From a virus, in IMG/VR virus record IMGVR_UViG_3300027763_000036, positions 49,522 through 113,521 of that record: DNA of 64,000 nt; one strand, 5' to 3'. Positions 29,401-38,400 of the stretch are shown here, in pieces (position 1 is the first letter of the stretch; each line of letters opens with the position of its first letter). Made by a program: the position numbers and the translations under genes. The notes beneath the pieces are model-generated. The model had not been told where the DNA came from. It ran no database searches and saw nothing but the letters and a program-made list of their open reading frames with translations.

Positions 29401-32400
29401 TTGAATATCCATCACAAGATGCACTATCTCCTGGAGATGGTATGACAGTGGTATCTTCTATTGATAATTTCTTTGCTGAAGAAGTAGATAAATTATATCA
29501 ACAAAGAAAAGCTAAAGGAGAAGACAGAAAAGAAATTAGCTTATCTGTAATAAAGAGTCCTGCACAAAAAGAAGAGTTATATAAGAGAGCACGCAAAAGA
29601 TTTGAAACTGTTCTTGCTCAAGAGCAAGCTAAACTTAGAGCTGTAGAAGGCATAGCAGATTTCAATACCTTAGATACTTTAGAAGAGATTGAAAGCAATG
29701 CTTTTGCTATAATGAAAAATGAGGTATATGACAAAGAAGGAAAGTTGATCCCGGAGAAATCAGGAAAAGACAAATATTTCTTTTTAACATCTCAGGTTAC
29801 AAACTTTGATAATCTATCTGCTTCAACTAAAAAAGGAGAAAGAGTAAGGGGAGAAGACTATAAAGATACTATTAGAATTGTTGGTGATTTTTATAAGCAC
29901 AAAACAATTAAGAAAGATGGAAGAAGCATAGATATTGTTTTAGTAACAAGACCTCAAGATGCACAAACCCAATTTGATAACTATCTAAAAGGAAATGTAT
30001 GGGATGAATCATCTAAGAAATGGATTCAAGATGCAGGTGGTGCAAAAATCTTTACAAGAATTGAGAAAAAACCTATAGTAGATAAAGCTAAGATAGATCA
30101 AACTCAAGAAGAGATAAGAGATAATGTAAGAGTATTAGAAACTACTCTTAAAAACTGGGGTGATGAGAAGAGTGGTATTGTACAATACCATATGCAAAAT
30201 ACAGACTTTGATGTTGCTAAAAGAAGATATAGTGTTGATGGAGAATTACTTCCTGAGATAGAAGAATTAAAAGAAGATAGTAAAGGTGAGGTAAAAGATG
30301 AATCAGAAAAAGACCTAGAAAATGACGGAGGCTTAGGACAGGGTAATGAAGGTACTGGAGATGTATCTTTACAACAAACAATGAGCAAAGAAACTATATT
30401 TGTTTTAAAGACATTGTTTAAAGTAAACTCTGATGGTACTATTCCAACAGATAGATTTGGAATTAAACAAAGAGCGGATTTTAGTAAAACATTTGCTATA
30501 GTTGCAAAAACTATTGGTGGTATTCGTGATAGACAAAAGGCTTATGAAAAATTAAGATTAGAGTCTGAAAAGTTTCCAGAGCTAAAACAATTGTTTGAAA
30601 CTAAGTTTCCTAATCCAAATAAGTCAGGAGCTACTGTTAATACATTTGAATTTGACTTAGCTAGAAACTTTTTCCAAGATTTTGGTAAACCACATATTGA
30701 TTATTTACAACTCTATGGTTACTATGATAAAGAAGTTGTAAATGATGCAGAAAGATATAACCTAAACTTTGTAGTAAAAGAATCTGACTTAGCAATAGAT
30801 AACTTACTAAATAAATGGTCAAACAACTTTGCAACTCTTAAGGGAAATAAATATATCAATGTATCAAGAGATAATATAAGAAGTTTAAAGTTAGCTGACG
30901 TTGTAAAAGATTTTAAATCAAAATCAACTAGTGAATTAGATTTAGCTAAGCAAATTGAGTTTGCTAAAGTATTGGGTATTGAGCTTCAGAATAATGATAA
31001 TGTTAAATCTGAGCTTGAAAGATCTGCATACTATGGTTTACCGTACATATTCAAAATAGTAAATTCAATAAATAATATTGAGCAAGGGTCTGTTGAAAAA
31101 GCTTTATCTAAAGAAAAATCTAGACTTGTAAGTAACTTTAAAGAAAACCCACTTAAGGTTTTAACAGATGGTTTTAGTGGATCTTTAATAGGTGATAAGG
31201 GAACCGTAAAACAATTAACTCAGTTAAAAAGATTAGCAGAGTTACAAACTACATATGGTTATGATAGTTCAAGTACTGCTATAATTAGATCTAACCAAAA
31301 CGTTGGTTATAAGGAAGTTAACTGGAGTTCTGGTCATGCAAGAGCATATGCATTAAATGAAGTAGAGAATTTTAATCAGCTTTGGGAAGATCCAAGATAT
31401 AACTACATGTCACATCTTAATCCTGAGATAAACACTCATGTTAGACATTTAAAAATCATATCTTCTTTATTCCCTAATTTAGAAAAGAAAAGTGAAAATA
31501 CTTCAGTAAAATTCTTTGCACAAGATGGATTTGCCATTACAGATGAAAGAGGTGACAGTAGTGGTAATACAACTACTGAGTTAGATCCATTATCTAAATT
31601 TATATTTGAATTTCATTCATTTAGTTTAGCTGGTGTAGCTGAACTACCAAGAACATCTGAAAAGAAATTCTCATGGGGCTTTAAAGTAGACGGAGGTATA
31701 AACCATCCAGATGTTAATTTTGAATCTGCAAAAGATCCAAATCTATATATTGACATTGACATGTTCAAAACTGTAGCTGGAGAACAATACGCAAGAGCTG
31801 GGTTTTTATATGGATATATTCAAGGTGAGTTTGATAGAATTAAAAAGTTCAGAGGTCCAGAAAAAGAAAAGTATTTAAACTTTACTGGGTATAATGAGCC
31901 TGTAATTGAAGATGGTGAAAAAATGTTTTCCGGACAAACCTTTGTAGCATTCAAAGGGGTGTTAAGTGAAGGAACAAAAAAGAGGTTATACGCATTAGCA
32001 GATCAACAAGCAGACATAGAAATCTTAGACTATGTTAAAAATGTTGATAAAGAACTTGGTAAAATGATCAAGGATGATATAACAACATTCTTCAATGAAA
32101 AAACAAATGAGATTAAAGAACTTTACTTTAATAAAATTCCTTACATATCTAGATCATTACTTGAGAAGTTTGGTATAGATAAGGAGTCTCTTAAAGATGA
32201 AGAAGTATTTAAATCTTATTTAGCAAAACCAGAGATCGTAAATGCTTTACTTAAAGCTTATACATATAATGACTTTATCCATAAATATGAGACAAGCATT
32301 ATTATGTTTGGAGATCATGCTCAATGGAATCACGGAAAAGAGGATTGGTCAAAAAGAATTCCTGGACTTACTTCAGATGGTATTGGTTTTATGTTTGATA

Positions 32401-35400
32401 ATCAAACTCAAAACTTTATAAATGATGTATTCAATAAAGAAACATATGCTTCTAAATTAACTGAGAAAGAAGGTAATAAAATAAACTATAATACTTTTCA
32501 GTTTAGTGAAAAAATGAATGCAGCAGTTATAAAAGATGCTGAAAGAAGTTCTATATATGTTGATGATTATGAAAAAATGTGGGAGAAAGACTATCTAAAA
32601 AGATTTAGTCCAGAAGTTGCAAAAGAAAAAGCAGCAGCAGATGCTAAGCCCTACAGAGAAATGAAAGAGTCAGATGGTATTGCATTTGTCACATTAGATG
32701 CATACCGAACACTTAAGAAAGTAGGAAGAGGTTGGAGTTTGGGTGAAGATGCACTTTATAAGAAAATTATAAATGGTGAAGAAATATCAAGTAAAGATGT
32801 AAAAGAGTTCTATTCTATTTTCAAGTTACATTATTTTGGAACAATAGAAAATGATTTATTACCTGTGACTGGTATGTTTAAGTTTTCGGTTATGCCAATT
32901 ATACCTGGAGTAAATGCAATTCCAGGTAATGAGCTTGATAAGCTTCACAAAAAAATGATGAGACAAAATACTCAGCTTGTTTTGTTTGCATCCGGTTCAA
33001 AAGGGTCACATATAACTTCAGATGGTAAAACAGATAATATTTATACTAATAAAGAAGATAAATATATTAATACTGAAGTAGATGAAAAAGGTAATGATGT
33101 ATTTCAGTTTACTAAAAATCCATTCTACTTAGCTAACTTTAAAGAGGTTACTGTAATGAATAACTCTTTTAAAGAACATCTTCCAATAGCTACACAAACA
33201 AGAGCTATTACAATAGATAATTTATTTGAAGATGGAGATTTAAAAAATCCAGACAATAAACCTTTTGTAGATGAGTACACAAATACAATCCGTGAATACT
33301 CTAAAGTATTAAAAGAAGATTTATTAAATGGATTAGGAATTGAGCTTATAGATGGTAGAGTAATTGGTGACTTTACAAGGTTTGTTGAGATTATTAGGGA
33401 TGAGATGTCTCAAAGAGATACCCCACCACATTTAATTAAACTAGTAAATACCAATCTTAAGGGACAAATTGCAATGGATTTATCATTGCATCCTGAATCA
33501 GATAGTATTGAAAAATTACTTGTTAGTTTAATTCAAAGAGGAGTTATTAAACAACAAACTAAAGGTGAGCCATTAGTTCAATCTCCAGCAACATTTACAA
33601 ATGGTATTTGGGATACACCATATTTAGATCTTACAGAATTAAAAGAAATACAAAAGTATTTAGGAACTAATACTCTTCCTTTCTATTTAGCAAATGGAGA
33701 AACTAGAACTGAAGAAATGAAAGTTGCTATTGCCTTACAAGGAGACTTTAGAAACTTACTTAATGCTAATGATCTAGAAGGAAATAAGATTGAGACTATT
33801 GAAAGATTAAATCAGTTGATAAAGAATCCTAAGTGGTTTGCAAAAAATAAAAAGTCATTAACATTGTTCGGGCCTAGAATCCCTAATGATGCACATAACA
33901 CTATTGAGGCAGCTACCGTTTGGCATTTCTTACCAGAGTCATTTGGTAATACTATTATTACACCAACTGAGATTGTAGCAAAAGCAGGTTCTGACTTTGA
34001 TGGGGATAAGTTATTTATGTCCATGCCTAATATAGACAGTGAAGGAAACTTTATTAATAAAGGAGTAGAAAACTTTGACAAAGTTTTAGAAGAGACTAAA
34101 GAACTTGAGAAGAAAAAGAAACTTCCTAAAGATAGACCTACTTCTAAACAGATAATTGAACTACAGAAAAAGTATTTACAGAACAGATACTTACAAGCAT
34201 CTGTAGAAATATTAATGCTTCCTGAAAATGCTATAACATTAACTAAGCCTAATGGTACATATCTAGTAGATAGATATGAGGAAAATGTAACAGAATTTAG
34301 AACAGGATATGATAAGTTTAAAAATGTTGGTGGAAGACCATCTGATGTAAACACAAAAGGTGTAAAGATTCCAAATACGTCAAACCATTTTACAGCAGGA
34401 TATAACCTTTATGTACATGATGCAAACTTATCACTTGAACCATCACTAGGTATTTTAGCAAAACTTACCAAGTCTATTCCTATGTATAAAGCTGCTGGTG
34501 CAAAAATGCCAGCAACATATAATGCAGGTATCACACTAAAGGTTCCATTAGATGTTAGATTTAATAAGAATATTACAGTAAATTCTAAAGGTGAAACTGT
34601 TATATCTATTGGTGCTGAAAATAATGTGGCTGGTGAAAATATTTCTGACACAACTTCTCACTCATTACAAGGGGTATTGGATAGAGCTAAAGCTACATTC
34701 CCATTTGAATTAAAGTTGGTTCCAGAAGCAATGGATGTTTATGGTTATCTAACAAGAGCAGGGGTAGATCAAGAACAAATAGTTTACTTGCTTAATCAAC
34801 CACTAGTATCTCAGTATCTTGATTTACAAAAGATAAATGAGTCTTCTATAAACAATGCTTTGTTTGGAAAGCAGAAAAAATTTATGATTTCTCAAAATTT
34901 GTTTATTGAAAATCTTAAGAAGACTTTAACTGAAGATCAATTAAAAAGGCTGGTTCTTGAGATAAATAAAAATAAACTTGCCGCTATAATGAAATCATTA
35001 CCTGAAGACTTAGAACTTCAAGTAATTATTCCTCGTAAAGAGGGTGTTTATACTGTGGCTGCTTTAAGAAATCAATTAAATGCTTTTGTAAAAACTGGTG
35101 AAGGAATAAATCCTAATTCTATTTCATCTATTTTGATAGAGTTACCGGATGAAACAAAAAAAGAAATTTATAGTTATGTTGTTCCTACTTTTGATAAAGC
35201 TGGATATTTATTGAGCCAAGGAAATGCATATTTCTTAATTGATTATATTGCAAAAAACAAACTTGCTAATAAAGATGAAATTCAAACATCTGATTTGGTA
35301 GATATAATGAAGAAACAAGATTCATCTAGCTTAAAAGCACTGATGATCTTTGCACATTATGTTGAATTAGAGAGACAGTATTCAAGAATGAATGATCTTG

Positions 35401-38400
35401 AAAAATCATTTACTCCGGATACTGCAAAAGTTTCTACTACTCAAGAAGCAATAATTAGAAAGAAAAAATATAAAACTTTCTTTAGTGCAATACAAACTAA
35501 TGTTCCAGAATATTTAAAACAATCAGAAGAAATAGATCAAGATTTCTTAAATAAGTTAATGAATGAATCTGTTGTATCTTCATTAATATTTGATGATTTA
35601 ACAATTGATTTATTAAAACCATTATTTCAAACTAAACTTGATGATGTCATTGTTAATTATATAGATGATGCATTAAAAGAAAATAGAGGAGAAATTTCTA
35701 ATGCTTTTGGTGTGGGTGCTGATGGAAGAGCTGAGTTCATAAGACAGTATGGAAATACTTTAGTAAACTTTATATATCAAAACTATTTATCATATTCTTC
35801 TGATGCAACTGGTAAGTTAGCAAATTATCCAGAAGCAATCAATGGTAAAGAAGTAGTGGTAGATAATACTATGGATGTTCTTGTAAAAATTGAAGAAGAT
35901 AAAATTCTTATAAACACTAGAATTATTGAATTTGATTTTGCAAATAAATCTTTCTTGGAAAATAATGATACTGAAGCAGCTTATGTAAACAGAAATTATG
36001 ATACTTTTAAAGTAGGTCAAGATCCATTTAAAAATCTAAGATCTTTCTATAGATATCATATTGAGTTAGCTCTATTAGAAGAAAATAATTCAATAGACAC
36101 ATTAGCAGATAGTGAATATTATTATTTTGGACAAATGGTTGCAAAAAATGATGGTAATATAGAACGAGCATATATTCAGTATATATCTGAAAGAGCACTA
36201 TCAAATAGTTATAACCCATATTATATCATGGGTAGAACTAAATATAGTTATACCAACAACGTATTAGAGTTAATTGATTCATTGGAAAATTACCCAGCAC
36301 TATTTGATAGATTCCCAATCCTTACTCAAATTTCTCCACAAAGAAACAGAGAAGGATTTAGAATAATTAGATTGAATAATAGATCAGATGTAAAAGGAGC
36401 ACTAGCTCAAGACTACTACAATCAGATTAGACAGCTTGGAGATATCTCTATCCAAAAATTAGATAACCCAAGTAACAATCCTGTAATTACATCTAAGGAT
36501 AAAAGAATAAGTGAGATATTTAATTTATTCTCAATCATGATGTACTATCAGCATGGTGTAGGTAAATCAGGAACAAGCTTTAATAGTGCTTTAGATTCAT
36601 CTCAATTTAAAGATATTATCATGCCTTCTACACAGGCGTTTATGGGTAATTACATTAATCCAAGTAAAACTTCTAGAGAAGAAATACAATCATTATTAAA
36701 TGCTGTATATCAACAAACTGTTTCTAGACAGAGGTTTAAAATAATGTTAGGTACTAAGAATGAATATGCAAATGCAGACATAGAAGCTATAGCAAATGAA
36801 CTTGATAAAAAAAGAACAGAAGGAGAAATAGAAGAGTTTGATGAGGATGAAGGTTCACAAAAGATTCCTTCAGAATTTAAAAAAGGTGAGAAACTTATTT
36901 TAGATGAAGATGTTAAAGCATTTAAAAGATATTTGATATCATCTAATGGAGTTAAGCCTTCTAAGTTTACAACTGTACAAACTAAGTTTTCAGAGTTCTA
37001 TAATGGTAGACAACAGGGTATGCCAAATACTGCTGCCTGGATGCTTAATAGCTCTAATCTATATGACATGGTAGAAATAAGTCAAGACTCTGACTTATTA
37101 GGTATTGTATACTATGAAAATGTAGATCTAGAAACAGGATACCAAATGATTAAAAAGGGTGAGGGTCCTACTCAACCTACTGGAGTTAAAGAAGTTATTA
37201 AAAATGAAAAAGGACTGATTATAATTAATAATGCAATTCCTTTACAAAAAACTCAACAAATAGTAAATGATAGTAAAAAATTTATAGAAGAAACTTCTTT
37301 TAAACAAACAGGTGGTTCAGTATCTTGGGGTTATGGAATGCAATGGATAAGATCAGCCGGATTAACAGCAAAACAAAAAGAAGGTGTTGTAATTGGTAAA
37401 CAGATAGGTGGTCAAGAAGTAACTCAAGAAATGGTAAATGATCTTATTGCTGGAGTTGACCCTAAAAAAATAAAAGGTTTACCATTATATGTATATACTA
37501 TTTATGACAAAAATGGTAATAGGTTACCTAATATACCAAGTGACATAATACTAACATTGCAAGAACAAGGAATTGATTTATCTCAATATGATGCTAGTTA
37601 TAATTCTGTATATGATAAGAATGACAAAGGTAGTTTAATTGTACATCAAGATAATACTGAGTTTAATACTTCACCAATTATTACTGTTTCTTTGGGTAGA
37701 CCAATGAAATTTATTACATATCAATTAAAAGATTCTAATAATTATAGTTTTGGTACTAATTCTAAAAATAAATATGAATTAACCTTAAATACTATTTCTA
37801 ATAAACTTGTATCTCAAAAGCTTGCTCCTGAATTAAAAAGACAAAAAAATTTTAGAGGTGATGAAGTTATAGCATATGGTGAATTAACTCCTGGAAATTT
37901 AGCTAAATATGCTAAAATGGTAGGAATGGAATCTGAAGCATTAGATGTTTTAGCAAATTCAATAGAAAAAATTGAAGAACATATGTTAACAAATGGTGCA
38001 GTTTTAGTTTTTTCTAATGAAAATAGAAATGTGTTTCATGAGATTATTTTTGATGAGGAAACAGATAAATTACCAATGCCTCAAGGTTTTCCTGATTTAA
38101 CAATAAATAAATCTTATACAGGGATGGGCAGACCAGATAAAATGGTTAATACAAGAGATTATAGGGTTGTATTAACTTTAAGAAAAGTAACTGGTGCTAC
38201 TGTTAATAATATTGATATACAAAAACTTACATCTACTCAACCTACTAAAACACTTACTACTCAAGATTCTGAAAACATATACTCTCAATTAGGCACTTTA
38301 ACTTCAAATATTGTCATATCCAATATAAAAACTAAAGATGGTAAGTATGATAGGACCGCTAATATAAAAGAAGCAAAAGTTAAAGGTAGAGTGTACACTA

